The notes under the pieces were generated by a model. The model was not told where the DNA came from, did no database searches, and saw only the letters and a program-made list of their open reading frames with translations. From Azolla caroliniana (taxonomy: Eukaryota; Plantae; Polypodiophyta), in NCBI GenBank assembly GCA_043228905.1, contig JBHGNT010000012.1, positions 10,850,001 through 10,914,000 on the forward strand: a stretch of DNA of 64,000 nt, in the 5' to 3' direction. Made by a program: the position numbers and the translations under genes. Position 1 is the first letter of the stretch. Every line of letters starts with the position of its first letter. This document shows positions 1 to 13,468 of this stretch, piece after piece.

Positions 1-482
1 GTAATTATTTGAACCTCAAAACTGATGAATAATTTATCTCTTTGATAAGAAAGGAAGGCATGGGAAGTATACGAATGCATTCTACACTCTACATGTTAAT
101 CCATAGGTCAACTGAATCAAAGCAAATGTTAGGAGGTGACATAGACTGATTGGTATATACATTTTGTGATTAAGTCACCATCCATCCATCCATCCATCAT
201 ACTCCTTTTAGGAGAGTTAGAAGTGGATTCACATATTTAAACGATAATGCAAGGGACGATTTGCTATAAAAAAAAACACAAAAAAAAAAACTTCTCTCGG
301 ATATCTTATGCGTTTGTAGAATCTATGTATTGATTCATTATTATTCAAACCTCAAGCAAGTGTCATGAATGTTCATAAATAGAGATTTTTATGCTTAATA
401 AGATGTCAAGCCTATCAATGCATCCTAGACTCAACAACATATTATGTATTAAGCATGCATGGGATGTAGCTCGCCTCCTAAG

Positions 483-2282
483 TCAAAGTGGATGTTTCGA
501 GCAATTAAGTCGAGATTGTGCTCTTCGTGGGAGAGTGAGAAGCGGATTCACACGATGGCAAGTGAGTCCACATTCATCAGACATATCCAGAGAGTCATGC
601 CCAACAGGCAACAAAAGCTCCCATTTGTCAAAGGCATGAACAAGGCTAGAAACTGTGAGCTCGACCATGGGCATGGCTAAGGTCATGCCAGGACACATCC
701 GTCTCCCCGAACCGAATGGGAGAAGCTCAAAATGTTGGCCTTTCCACGTGACGTGATCCATGGAATTATGGTGTCCTACGAGGAACCTCTCGGGTATGAA
801 CTTCTCTTCATCTTTCCATACATTGGGGTCATGACCCATGGCCCATGCATTCACGAACACAGTTGTCCCTTTGGGGATTTCATAGCCCCCCACTTTACAT
901 TTATCAATGGACATGTGGGGGACCAACAACGCGGCCGGAGGATGCTTGCGGAACGTTTCCTTTAGTACCGCACCAAGGTATGGTAGTCGCGGGATGTCAG
1001 ATATCTCCACATGTCGATCTCTCCCAACTACCGCATTTAGCTCTGCCTGAAGCTTCATGAGAACAGGTGGATTCGCCAACAGTTCGGACATTGCCCAATC
1101 AATAGCGGCGCTAGATGTTACGATTCCCGCGGTGAACAACTCCTACAGCCGCCCGGCCCCATTACGGCAGACAAAAATCATCATACATGGTTAGCGATTG
1201 GCTCTATCCTCCATTGGGGTGGGTTAAATCAAATAAAGGACATTAAATTTGTGCTAAGTTACCATTATGAGAACCTTCACCAAATCGCGGTCGAGTTTGT
1301 TCTCGGGCAAGAGGAAGACGTCGAGGATGTCTCGGACGCACTCCTTTGCAGGGACCGGGTCCTTCTCTCGTTCGGCGATGATATGCCCCATGAGTGCGTC
1401 GAATGAAGACTTCCACTTCCTCATCGAATCCTTGGTCTTGTAATCCATAAACCCAAGGAATGGCACAGAGTCACCAATGAGGGGTGTAGGGTACAACTTC
1501 TGGAGTTGGCGTGTGAGATCCGCGAGGTTGTTAATGCTGGTGCCACTAGTCGATGATGATGCTGCGGCGGCGGAGGCATTATTATTATTGTTGTGGCTGA
1601 AGAAGACTTGAGAGGGCCGCTGTCGTAGCACGATGCGGCATATGATGTTCTCGACAAGCATCTCGATGCATGCGCTGAGATCGACAGCATGGGTCGCGAG
1701 GTGGAGCCGAGTGTCAATGAGCTCCCGGATCTCCTGCACTATGATCTCCGATTGGAACTCGCCGATGCGGCGCGATGTGAAGAGCTGAAGGCTGTACAGC
1801 TTCCGGGTTCTCTTCCACTCCTCGCCGTAAGGGAGGAAGGTGACGGTCTTGTGGCCGCTGAGGTCCCCCATTAGGAGTTTGGCGCTCCCGAATGATGGGC
1901 GGCTCGCGAATGTCTTGTCGTGGGTGTGGAGGAGCTCGCGAGCCAGCACCGGGCTCGACACTACGATCGCGGGGCTGGAGCCGAGGCGCAGGGAGAAGAT
2001 GGGCCCATACTTCCTCGCCAGCCTCGTGAAGTAGCGGTGCCGCGAACACCCCGCCATCACCAGCTGGGGAAGGTTCCCCACGATTGGGAATGGGAATGGG
2101 CCCGGCGGGAGGCTCAGGCCGCTGCTGAGGCATCTATTCTTCTTCTGCCATTTTCTCCACCACCACCACCTCCACCTTCTCCATGCTGCTGCTGATGATG
2201 ATGATGATGACATTACCCACAGAAGCATTGGAAAGATGATGGGTAGCACCAAATAACACCATGTCTCCTCCAATCCCATCAT
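483..2282 (-). CDS. Cytochrome P450, CYP71 clan (A-type); exon 1 2282-1263, intron 1262-1143 (GT..AG, phase 0), exon 2 1142-483; ~559 aa
   Basis: N-terminal membrane anchor, PPGP hinge, I-helix AGIVTS, ETFR (ExxR), PERF and heme motif FGSGRRMCPG. The single intron lies just before the I-helix motif (LIM|ELFTAG), the conserved A-type position. No stops or frameshifts. Confidence 0.95.
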
Positions 2283-2896
2283 CCCTTTCCAAATTTAAAA
2301 AAAAATAAATTCAAAATGTTTTGCTGTACTCTACTCTACTAGACTACTCTACAGTCGATCAATCCATCAATCCACACAACATGACCTTGCATAAATACAT
2401 ACATACACGCGCCTATGTCTGTTACTTTTGTGTATATCTATATCTATCTATCTATCTATCTATATATAAACAAGTCTGAGAAAATGCTACCCATATGTAC
2501 TTTGGATTATGCTGAGCTGCGTTTATAGATAGATATTTCCAACCGTCACACAAACTGGATTGGAAGAAGAATGGTGTAACTATTGAGAGAGCCATTGAGA
2601 CATGAATAATGGAGCTCCACTTATGTCCTCAGCACTAATGCCCAATGCAGCTTTAACAAGAAAATATCAAGATGAGGGAGGGGTTATCTGAGATCATTCA
2701 ATGTTCTATTGGAATTGGTTATGTAACATTATTATTATCACTCCAACTAGTAAGTAAGTATGTACTGTACTTGTCCACACATTCTCAGACCTTAATGGCG
2801 CCAGATATTACATTATTTTTATATGTGTGTGTAGTAGTAGTTCCTAACATTTTAAACCCCTTAAATGTCCTTCGAACAGGAAGGGGGGGGGGGGGT

Positions 2897-2938
2897 CACA
2901 GGGCATCTATCTATCTATCTATCTATCTATCACAGGGC

Positions 2939-2968
<30 letters not shown>
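2897..2968. repeat. (ATCT)n microsatellite with duplicated CACAGGGC unit; a further (ATCT)n tract at ~2436-2462
   Basis: Directly visible upstream of the P450. Confidence 0.9.
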
Positions 2969-2969
<1 letters not shown>

Positions 2970-4769
2970 CAAATGCCCCTACCTAGTAAATCCAAATGTT
3001 GGCCTCGCAATATAAGTTATAACCCCGGCCCCGGCCCGGCCCTGGTATTTGAGGGAGGCCACTTTTGTTACTATGCTTTAAGTTTAATGCATTCATCTAA
3101 GTAAGGAACTTCTTTGAGCCCCTCTTTAACACTTTGTATGCTGCTGCTGCTGCTGCACGATAACGACCATCTCCTAAGACTGATTAAGTTGCGTGAAATT
3201 AGGATTTTAATCCTGGACCACCCACCACTCACTATACATACAAACTTGCTTTGTCATACCTACCATCAACTGATGTGACTTTCATCCGTCCTTCAGATAA
3301 CCATGAATTCAAGGATCCTTCAAATAACATCAACATTTGCTAAGTTATTGATATTGACAATCGGTTGGCATCAAAGAAGGATATATATATATATATATCT
3401 CCTCCAATTTTAAAAGCTTGTAACCATATTTTGATTTTTATAAAGCATACTTTAAATGTATACTACGATTCATGTGAGTACGAGATATTATTTTATTTTT
3501 CTTTCTGAGTTTGGGAAGTATGTTAATGTGAACTCCTGATTCGTTTTATACAAATTCGAAAGAAACCTAAAGGACTTTGTTCCATGGACACGCTAATTAG
3601 TAAAGATTTTTTAATGGTTAACTATCATAATGGTAGAATTTGTTAGTTTTCTTAAAGTCTTTACTATATTTTTTATGCATTAGGCCTTTTCCTCACCCTA
3701 AGGATAGATTAATAACCAAAACCTAATCATTATAAGTTTATCCTAAAAAGAAGTTTGGAAAACATAACGATCTTCATACATACACAATCAAGTTCTGCTT
3801 TACAAAATCTCATTGGTATATATTTTTAAGATTTAGCATTCAATATGTCAAAATACAATCTAACTAACATAGATTGCTGAACAAATAATGTGAATGTGTG
3901 TCAAGGTATGCACAGCGAGTACTGTAATTTAATGTGCTACATTTGTGCAGACAAATTGATATGAGAAATAGTAACTATAACCTCGCAATGCAACATCAGA
4001 AAGTAGCTTTAGGAACCATTTAAACAACAAGGTAACCATAGTTCGATGGGAAAATCATATCGTAACCAATTGTCTTAACACACACCCACACACACCAGCC
4101 TTTGCGGCAAAAAGAACTCTACGAAGAAGAAGAGAACCTCTATAGGAAACATAGAATACCAAAAAACTACAATCCCCCACCATGTCTCTCTTTTTATTTT
4201 TATTTTTCTTTAGATGACAATTCATTAATAGGACATTTTCTTTTACGTTTTTTCCATAGTAATTGTTAGTAATTTGCATATTCTAAACTACTAAAACTCA
4301 ACAAGGTCATTTCGAGTACTTGCATGCTTTAATAGGATGAATCAGAAGATATGAGTAAAACAAGTTAGAGTAGAATTGAGACACTAATGGTATCAAATAC
4401 TAAACATTGGTCATTGAAATTTGCAATAATGTCAAACATGGGGAGAAGGGCATCAAATATTGTTAATGATGTGGCGGAAAATTTAAATGGGAACTCACAT
4501 TCCTTGTCTATTGAAGCAATATATAACCATGTGTATGTCTATAAGAAACAACATACAATTGTAAAATGAAATGCATGCTTGTAATGAGAGGAAAATAATG
4601 TACATGCTCGTAATGAGATAAAAATGAGGCTTCTACATACAATGGATATGCAAGCAATGGAGATTGAAAATTTGAGAGAGAAATCACTTTCAATGAAGAA
4701 AAGGACATTGCGAGTCCAAGATATTCAGATGCCCTAACTAGAGACCAAAATGGGAATCTTAGAATTTAG

Positions 4770-5315
4770 AGGAAGAATTTCTAGTAAAAGCAAATGTTAA
4801 AATGAAATCTGGCCTTAAGGCAAAAGAAAGTGCAATCATGATGAAATAGAGAGACATCCTTATTGCAAGTCATCAAAAGAAAATGACAATGAAGTTTCTG
4901 CACTTGAATCCACTTCAAAGGATGCATGAGATACCAATTTAGAGCTATGTGAAAGAGACAAAGATTCGCTAATAAAAGCAAAGGTTGAAATGAAATTTGG
5001 CCCAACAAATAAGAATCGTGAAGAAATGGAGAGATGTCCTCATTAAGAAGACACCAAAAGGAAATATCAATGAAGTTGTGCTTTCAAATCCACTTCAAAG
5101 GATGCATTAGATGCCAAAGAGCTATATGAATGAGACAAAGATTCGCTAATAAAAGCAAATATTAAAAATGAAATTTAGCCTTGGGGCAAAAACAAATCAC
5201 TCATGATGAAATGGAGAGATGTGCTCATTAAGAAAACATAAAAAAGAAATGCCAATGAAGTTTGTGCACTTGAATCCACTTCAAAGGATGCAGTAGATGC
5301 CAAAGAGCTATATGA
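4770..5315. repeat. Three degenerate tandem copies of a ~180-186 bp unit
   Basis: AATCCACTTCAAAGGATGCA recurs near 4907, 5087 and 5274; GAGACAAAGATTCGCTAATAAAAGCAAA recurs twice. Confidence 0.8.
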
Positions 5316-6011
5316 AATTTGAATGATAGAAATGCAAGCAAAATGTTGTTATGAAAGGGATGCAAGAAAAGGAATCAAAGAATCCTATTTCCCTTGCCAG
5401 AAATATGATGGTGTCATATTTATCACCTGACTTAGAAGCTTATATTATAAAAGATTATGGTAAGCTTCTCATACATATGCTTAATTGTACAAACTTCATG
5501 ATTCTCAATGGTGCCCATGCATTTTTTTATGAAAAATGTTTTGACATGTATCCTTGCCCCGAGAGGACGAAGTGTTGTTGATTACGTATTGATGAAAGAA
5601 TATGATGCATCCATGATGAATTCGTGTCATCAAACTCATACCACAAGCCTCTATATTTTCACATTGTAGCCACAATAGGAAAAGAGGTATTCAACCTTGC
5701 TATCGAAAAGCTAATGAATATGCAAATGATGTTTAGAGTTATGCCATGAATTGTCGTGGCAAAGATGTAAAAACAAATTGGGGCAATTGAAGGATGTCAT
5801 TCTCAATGTAAGGTATCAATATTTTTGTGAAGGTGTAGGTGGACATAGATTGCTTCGTTTCCTATATCATGATTATTTTGATCAAGAATGCAATATTCAT
5901 CTCAAAATGTTCAAGCTTGTACAAGATAAAAAATGAGAAAATTCTAAATTGTGTTAGATATCAAAGAATGGTGAGGAGAAATAAATTACATGGGAATGGG
6001 GCATTAGTGTT

Positions 6012-7147
6012 GGACAAAAGAACTTGTTCCTCCCAACCACCCTCGAGCTATGGTCCAAGCATAACTAGTCTAGTGTAGGACAAAAGAACTTGTTCCTCCC
6101 AACCACCCTCGAGCTATGGTCGAGGCATAGCTAGTCTACCACCAACGTCCCATACCACAGATATTAGGATGACTACTATCGTGGAATAGGTAACACAATT
6201 GCTGTGACGAAAGCCTAGACTACACCAATGGTGTCTCAAGACTTCAACATATGACACAATGTGTCTTATGAGGGTAGCTATGCCTCATATTTATACTTCT
6301 TCCTAGGCCCCTTGAATAGATGTGGTTTTCTAAAACACTTTGAATCAGTCATTGGTTGTGAAGATCATGATAGTGCATGCATATATCATTCCTTCTATCC
6401 AATTACATTAGGCCATTTCTAACATTAGTGAACATACCCTTCACTTATGTTCTGTAAATTTTAGTGACCTACCCTCTCCTACGTTATACATGCATAACAT
6501 ACTTCCCTACTTCAAAAGATTGCACTCTTGCAATATAAAGTGAGGAAATTGTGGCCTAAGAGTATTCTCACATTCCTAGGTGGCATCATTAATAGGTTTA
6601 CCCATCCATTTGATGTTGATTTAATGAATCTCATAAAATGTAAGAGTTTAGCTCAAGAATTAAGAATGTGTTCTATAACATGAGGTTTCTAATACAAATC
6701 CTCTAATGTTACAAGCTCCTTTTTACTGTGAGGTGTTATCACCAGAGCCTAGAAATGGCTTTAGATTATTGACATGAAAAACAAGATGAATACTAATGTT
6801 ACGGGGTAAGGCAAGGTGATAAGTAGATGATCCAAATCTCTTAAGGATTTCAAAGTGGCCATAATATCGTGGCGTTAACATAGTGTACTTGCATGTAGAA
6901 AATGACTTAGAGTCAGTGGGTACACACAAAAAACGTTTTGACTAATAGTAAATTTACGAGGAAGTCTATTATGATAAACATAAATTTGGGCACGACCTTG
7001 AGTTTTCTTAACATTTTCCTTGGCAATATGTAACACTTCACTCATGTCTTGCAAACATTTGCGTGCATTGTCTAATGTATCACGATAAATTGTGACATCT
7101 ACTTGGGCATGTGGCTGAAAACCATACATCAACATAAAAGGACTGAA
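6012..7147 (-). mobile_element. Chromovirus (Ty3/Gypsy) 3' fragment: integrase C-terminus/chromodomain, PPT and partial LTR
   Basis: Peptides LMYGFQP and PRYYGHFEILKRFG match the copies at 34126 and 56805. The LTR motifs TGGTATGGGACGTTG and TATAAATATGAGGC appear as reverse complements. There is a 66-bp tandem duplication at 6012/6078. Confidence 0.8.
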
Positions 7148-7177
7148 AGAAAATAAGGGGCTGATACAGCTGACTGT

Positions 7178-7660
7178 TAGGTCTTTACTAGCTACTCAGT
7201 CGACAAACATGTATAACAACAAGTAAAACAAAGAATGAGCCGACACAACAATTTTACATGGAAAGCCCTAAATGGGAAAAACCACGGGAGCCCACAGACT
7301 CCAAACAAATTCACTATCTGAGAGTGTTTACAACAACTCAAAGGCCACAACCTTGGTAAGATTTTCATCTTAAGTGTTTACATAGTGAATGAAGAAAGCA
7401 AAGGAAGGACATAACCTGACCTGTGTAGAGCCGTCAACATCTTGGGTCAGATTCGAGGGCCGACTACTAAACAAGCTCGACGTCCACAACACATAGTCCT
7501 TCTGTGATGTCCCTTCTCTTACTATACAATACTATCTTGTTCTATCTCACAATATTCTACTTTGTATTGTGCATCAATCATCGATCATCCACACCTTGGG
7601 TTTATACATACATAAATACATGTATGTATTTACATATTTGACCTTAGAAGTTGATTCCAC
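7178..7660 (-). mobile_element. Probable Copia-type LTR, reverse orientation
   Basis: On the minus strand it ends ...CCTAACA, followed by a degenerate iMet PBS (TGTATCAGCC). It carries the CCGTGGTTTTTCCC...GGGCTTTCC motif also seen in the solo LTR at 31012. Confidence 0.5.
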
Positions 7661-7699
7661 ACTTAGCCCTTGGCCGGAAAGCGGTTGATAGCCAACTCT

Positions 7700-8590
7700 G
7701 AACCGGCCCATATACCAATCAGGGTCTTAGTCAAAACGGAATCTAGCCGAATCGGCCCTTCTCCCATAAGGAGGGACATCATTTCTCCCACAAGGAGGGA
7801 TCGAGTGAAATCGGAAGAGAAAGACTATCTGGCTCTCCCAATCCAACTACATCCGAAAGGTGTTGAGACTCTTCAATATGGAGAATTCGAAGCCAACACC
7901 AACACCGCTTCCAAACGTCACTCCAACTATCAGAATGAGACTCTCCATCCATGGAAGAGGAGAGAAAGCTCATGAAAAATATACCCTATGCATTGGCCGT
8001 AGGAAGTCTCATGTACGCAATGGTGGCGACCCGACCAAACCTTGCTTTGACCATAGGGGTTGTCAGCCGGTACATGTCAGAACCTAGACGAAAGCACTAG
8101 GAGGCTATAAAGAACATATTCCAGTACCTACAAGGCACCGAAGACCTACAATTGACTTTTGGATCGACTAATCCAATCGAAGTTGAAGGCTATACCGACT
8201 ACGACTATGCCGGAAATACGGATACGGATAAGCGGCGCCATATCATGGAGGTTGAAGCTTCAAGAGTGCACGGGCCTGTCTACGACAGAGGCTGAGTACA
8301 TAAAAGCATCGCAAGTAGTGAAGGAAGCCATCTGGCTGCATCGACTGTCAGTCGCCTTCTCGGCGATAAGATGAATCGACCATCCAACGCCGACCATCTA
8401 CTGCGACTCTTAGAGCGCAATACACCTCATTCGAAATCCTGTCTATCATGCAAAGATGAAACACATTGAGGTACGATTTCATCATATATGGGAGCTTGTA
8501 ATAGAGAAGAAGTTCTAAGTCTAGAAGATTGACACCGATTGCTTGACGAAGCCCCTCCCAAAACAACGCTTCGGAGTGTTGAATGCGGGT
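7700..8590 (+). pseudogene. Ty1/Copia RT-RNaseH remnant
   Basis: Motifs MYAMVATRP, AISWR..LQEC..LSTTEAEY and KHIEVRFH, with frameshifts. Confidence 0.85.
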
Positions 8591-9811
8591 ATCTAATGGA
8601 CATATTCACATTTATGTAAATAGTGAGAAAGGCAGTTACCCTAAGTTAGTCAGTATATAAATTGACTTTGTAACCTAGTTTTTGTGATGCCTAAAAATAC
8701 AATTCATCTTGTGCCTAACGTCTTTCTCTCTCTTGCATTCTGGTTGCGTCTTTGTAATAACCAAGATCATTAATCCTAAAATAAAGATATAAATGATACA
8801 ATCATACTGAAAATACGCGTTACCACCCATTCGCCCCCGCACCAGAGTCGACAACGCAGACGAGGAATCTCGATCTGTCCCATATCAGCCAGGATCTCCA
8901 CGTCAGGACCTTGGTAGATGACTAGTCCACATCAAAGAGAGCTTCGTCTGAACCACTCATGGGGCCTCCCCTTTAACTAAGGAGAGTCTCCCCTATTTAT
9001 AGGACCTAGGCCATGTAATGACATCTACCTGACCAATCATGTATGGGGTACCCTATGACACACATTAGGTCAGTCCAATAAAGCTGACGACTTAGATATT
9101 ACAGTATGATAGCCCCCAAATAAGCACGTGTAAAACAATGAACATTACAATCTCGCTTTCTGTTGATTTTGTTGTTATCATCAGTCTACTTCCTTATATC
9201 TGTTTATGATCTTCTCTCTAGGAAAGTGCTGATTTGCTCTGCACTAGACGGCTACGTTACGAGGGTGGAAGCATGTTACGGTGTACCAGAAAAGTATTGT
9301 TTTTGGCCACAAAAAATGTCAGTCCTTTCGATACTGTTAGTACTAAATAATTGAGAAAAAAAATCAGAGAAAAAAAATTTGATTTTGGGGGTACAAGTGT
9401 CATTTAAGACAAGGAGTGGGGGGAACACGTGAGGAGATGTTATTTCCATTTTGGGGGTTATTTTGCCGTCATGTCGTTTTTGGCGCTTACCCTCAAACCA
9501 ACTCCTCTTCCTCTATCCCTCTAAGCTCTTCATCTCAGACATCTATGTCAGGTTTCTGGTTTTCCTCCAATCTAAGAGGTTTGTTAGGGTTTAGGGAGCA
9601 TATCTCAAACATCCATGTCAGGTTTCTGGTTTTGAGTTGAGGATTTCTGGTTTTGTTAGGAATTCTGTCTTAGGGTTTGAGTTGAGGATTAGAGACTATT
9701 TTGAGGCCTCTTATAACAACCAATAGTGACTTCTTCGAGAACGATTTTCTTACTTCTTCCACCGATTGCAGTTTATCTCGCGGTGATTTGAGGCTTTTTC
9801 CACCGAGGCGA

Positions 9812-10069
9812 GGATCCTTCCACCGAATCGAGATGGCATATCACATAGATTCAAGGATCCCTCCACCATTGGAGGTTCCTTCCACCAAATGGAGGCGGCA
9901 TATCACACAGATTCAACGCTCCCTCCACCATTGGAGGTTCCTTCCACCAAATGGAGGCGGCATATCACATAGATTCAACACTCCCTCCACCATTGGAGGT
10001 TCCTTCCACCAAATTGAGGTGGCATATCACACAGATTCAACGCTCCCTCCACCATTGGAGGTTCCTTCC
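9812..10069. repeat. About four tandem copies of a ~61-62 bp subterminal unit with internal hairpins
   Basis: Unit CCCTCCACCATTGGAGGTTCCTTCCACCAAATGGAGGCGGCATATCACACAGATTCAACG repeats directly. Confidence 0.9.
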
Positions 10070-10296
10070 ATCTATTTTTTCATTTTCAGTACTAAATTTT
10101 TTCATTTTTAGAAATTTGTGAATAAAGAAATGATAATTGTCATCTTTGATCCGTAATTCTAATGTCCGAAACGAATTATTTCTCACTTTGCAAGACGCAT
10201 TTAAAAACATTTAATTGTGATTTCTTAGTGTAGTCTATATAACATTAACTACTCTCGCAAGACACTTAATTTTTTTGGATAAATCTAGTGACCAAA

Positions 10297-13200
10297 TGGG
10301 GATCCCCAATGAGAGAGAGTTGTCAAGTAACTCATGTATATCTGAAAGGACCAAGAGACGAGTGATTCTTCACATAGTCCGTTATTTGGTAGAAATAACG
10401 AAGAGATTTAGTGAAGAGGATCATAGGGATATTATATGTAGAGTTTTACACCATCAACGTTTGAATGAAGACACGGGGAGAGTAAAATTTAGCGACCAAT
10501 GTGTGTCAGAAAAGATTGTAGAGTCTATGAAGTCATCCCTAGACTTAGTGAAAGGTGTAGAGAGCATAGACAAATTTGCTGCAAAGAGGGCAACCCTACA
10601 CATGGTTGTGAACATTGTGAGAGAGAAAAAATATAGTGATACTAAAGTTGCCTTACCACTAGGTATTCAAAGAAGGAACTTAAGGAAACATCGCCAAAAT
10701 ATACACTCAAGCCAATTCAAGTGGCTGGGGTTGGGACGTAGACGACGATGCGATGCCTTATCTCAAGAGATTATTGAGAAAGTGGATTCATTTTGGGCAA
10801 AAAATATGTGTGTCTCACCAAATAAGAAGGACGTGTGTAGACAACGAATAAGTCAGGGTAAGTACCAGATTCACCCTAGGCACTTCTTGGAGATGACGAA
10901 GGTATTCCATTTTTTTATATCAATTCACATTCCATAAATTTTTGTTTTGACCAAGTGTATATTAATGTTTGCTACATATATTGGTTGATGTGGGCTGAAT
11001 TGTACATGAACTTTAAAGACCAACATCCAAGCTTGACTGTTGGATTCCGCAAGTTCCAAGGTTTGAAACCATATTATGTTAGAAAATTAAATGAGAGGAA
11101 TACATGTTGTTGTGTGTACCATGTGAAGATGGACATGTTAAGGCTTGGAGTGAATGCAATGCATACTGATTCTAAGGGTATACACGGGGAATTATGTGTC
11201 TGCACTTGTGAGGTTTGTAGACCAAATGGGGAGGATAATAGGTGTAATGCACGAAACATGACTTATGCATCTGTTTTTGAGTTATGGAGGTCTTGTGTTT
11301 GTGAAAAAGAACCATCATGTGAGTGGCATCGTCGTACATGTCTTTTAAGAACATGTAAGGTTTGTCCGCTACCATTATTTTGTAGGCAGGAGCTTGATTT
11401 GGGAAACATTCATATTGTGAAATGGAAATATTTAGAGTATGTGACTGAAAATATTGGCAAGGGACTTGTAACTAAGCATATCAAGGAAGTATATAAGGAG
11501 ACATGTGCTACTACCCTTGTCTCAGAATTTAAGAAACAACTTGGGGAGTTCATTTAACATAACTTCCAGAGTTATTGGCAAAATTCACAGTTCAAGGAAT
11601 GTATTAATAACTTACCAACGGGTGTCATCGTATCCGTTATTGACTTTGTAGAAAACTATACATTTAAAGTTCAAAATGAGGTTCAATCAATGCATTGGTA
11701 CAATGATCAATGTACAATACTTGTACATATTTGCTATTGGAGACAAGACAGTGAGTTACATAAGAAATCAATATTTTACATTTCAGATGATAAAAAGCAT
11801 GATACACTATTTGTTCAACATTGTTTTAAGCTTTAACCGTCATTGGGTTTGGTCTGATGGTGCTGCCTCACAATTTAAGGTGGCATGATCGTTCTACTTT
11901 ATCGCCAGGTAATTTTTAATCCATATGTTTAGTACTTATAATGCAATGTCTAAGGAAGTAATTCTTGTGTTAGTGTCTGCATACTAATTATGTTTGTAAC
12001 TATTCAAACAGAATACTATTCAAATGGATGCATGCATACTAATTATGTTTGTAACTATGTTAAGTGTTCTTGATTGATCACATAGTACCATCTTGTCACG
12101 TGAATCTGTGTTTATTATCTTTTAATCCATGTGAAATGTTCTCCATAGACACATTGTATTGTGTTGTGTGTTGTATCTGTACTAAATCAATATTTATTGA
12201 AGGATGTAAAGTACTCGTCTTGTACTCATAGTATTGGCCGTTCTTAAGAGTTTGTACTAATTATCTTTAAGTCCATGTTGACAGCTCTCCATGGACACAT
12301 TGTATTGTACTGTGCGTTGTATCTGTACTAAATCAGTATTTATTGAAGGATGTAAAGTACTCGTCTTGTACTCATAGTATTGTCCGTCCTTAAGAGTTTG
12401 TACTAATTATCTTTTAATCCATGTTGAGTGTTCTCCATGTACATGCTATATTGTATTGTGTGTTGTATTTGTACTAAATCAGTATTGATTGAAGGATGTA
12501 AAGTACATGTCTTGTACTCATAGTATTGTCCTATATTGAAGAGTTTGTACTAATTATCTTTTAATCCATGTTGAGTGTTCTCCATGGACACACTGTATTG
12601 TACTGTGTGTTGTATCTGTATTAAATTAGTATTTATTGAAGGATGTAAAGTACATGTCTTATACTCATAGTACTGTCCTATATTGAAGAGTTTGTACTAA
12701 TTATCTTTTAATCCATGTTATGTTCTCCATGAACACATTGTACTGTACTGTGTGTTTTATCTGTACTAAATCAGTATTAATGGATGTAAAGTACTCATCG
12801 TCAGCAACATAGTACTGTCCAATATTGAAGAGTTTGTACTAATTATCTTTTAATACATGTAGAGTGTTTTCCATGAACACATTGTACTATGCTTTGTGCT
12901 ATATCCGTACTAAATTAGTATTAATGGATGCTAAGTACTGTTGGTTGACAACATAGTACTATTTATCTTTTAATCAGTGTAGAGTGTTCTCCATGGATAC
13001 ACTGTGCTATGCTTTGTTTTATATTTGTACTAAATCAATATTAATGGATGTACAGTACTCTCGATTGATAACATAATACTAATGTTTGTTGGAAACCTGG
13101 GATACAAAAGTAGGTACTTCTCCTTATTCAACATTTGTATGCAATGGAACTACTTCGGGTTTGGACATGGAAAAGGAGAGCATGATGGCGCGGGGCCTGT

Positions 13201-13468
13201 GATCAAACGTGCCCTTACAAGTGAGCAATTGGATAATAATGGTGCTAAGTTACAAAATGCACATGATGTTGTGGAGTGGCTAACATGGAACACATATGCA
13301 TTACTAAAAGATGCACCCATCGCAATAATCTACACTACTGCCATTCTTGCGATCAAGTTCAATATGACTCAAGCAAAGCACAAGGTTAAGGGATACAACG
13401 CTGTCTACAAGGTCCCCCAAGAGGTTCATGAGCACATATTAGGGGAGGTCTCTCTGTTTAATGCTTGA
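10297..13468 (+). pseudogene. Spliced Sola2-like DDD transposase, disrupted
   Basis: Motifs ELY..FK..HP...VGF.KF..LKP, TCCCVYH, a Cys-rich region, DFVENY...VQNEVQSMHW (D at 11642), WSDGAASQFK and WNYF..GHGKGEHDGAG.VIKR. Introns ~10902-10992 (acceptor decayed) and 11909-13113 (GT..AG restoring IAR|YF). Premature stops and a frameshift are present. Confidence 0.8.
12110..13080. repeat. About seven tandem copies of a ~120-148 bp AT-rich unit inside the transposase intron
   Basis: ATTATCTTTTAATCCATG...TTCTCCATG...GTACTAAATCAGTATT...GGATGTAAAGTAC recurs regularly. Confidence 0.9.

Noticed and set aside
1254-1262. P450 ending at the stop at 1254 as two separate genes
   Set aside because: The stop lies within a canonical GT-AG intron whose removal joins both ORFs in frame.
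9701-10111. 136-aa ORF, and TGGAGGTTCC resembling a tRNA-Gln PBS
   Set aside because: The ORF simply reads through the 62-bp repeat; the 10-nt match is not next to an LTR and is likely chance.
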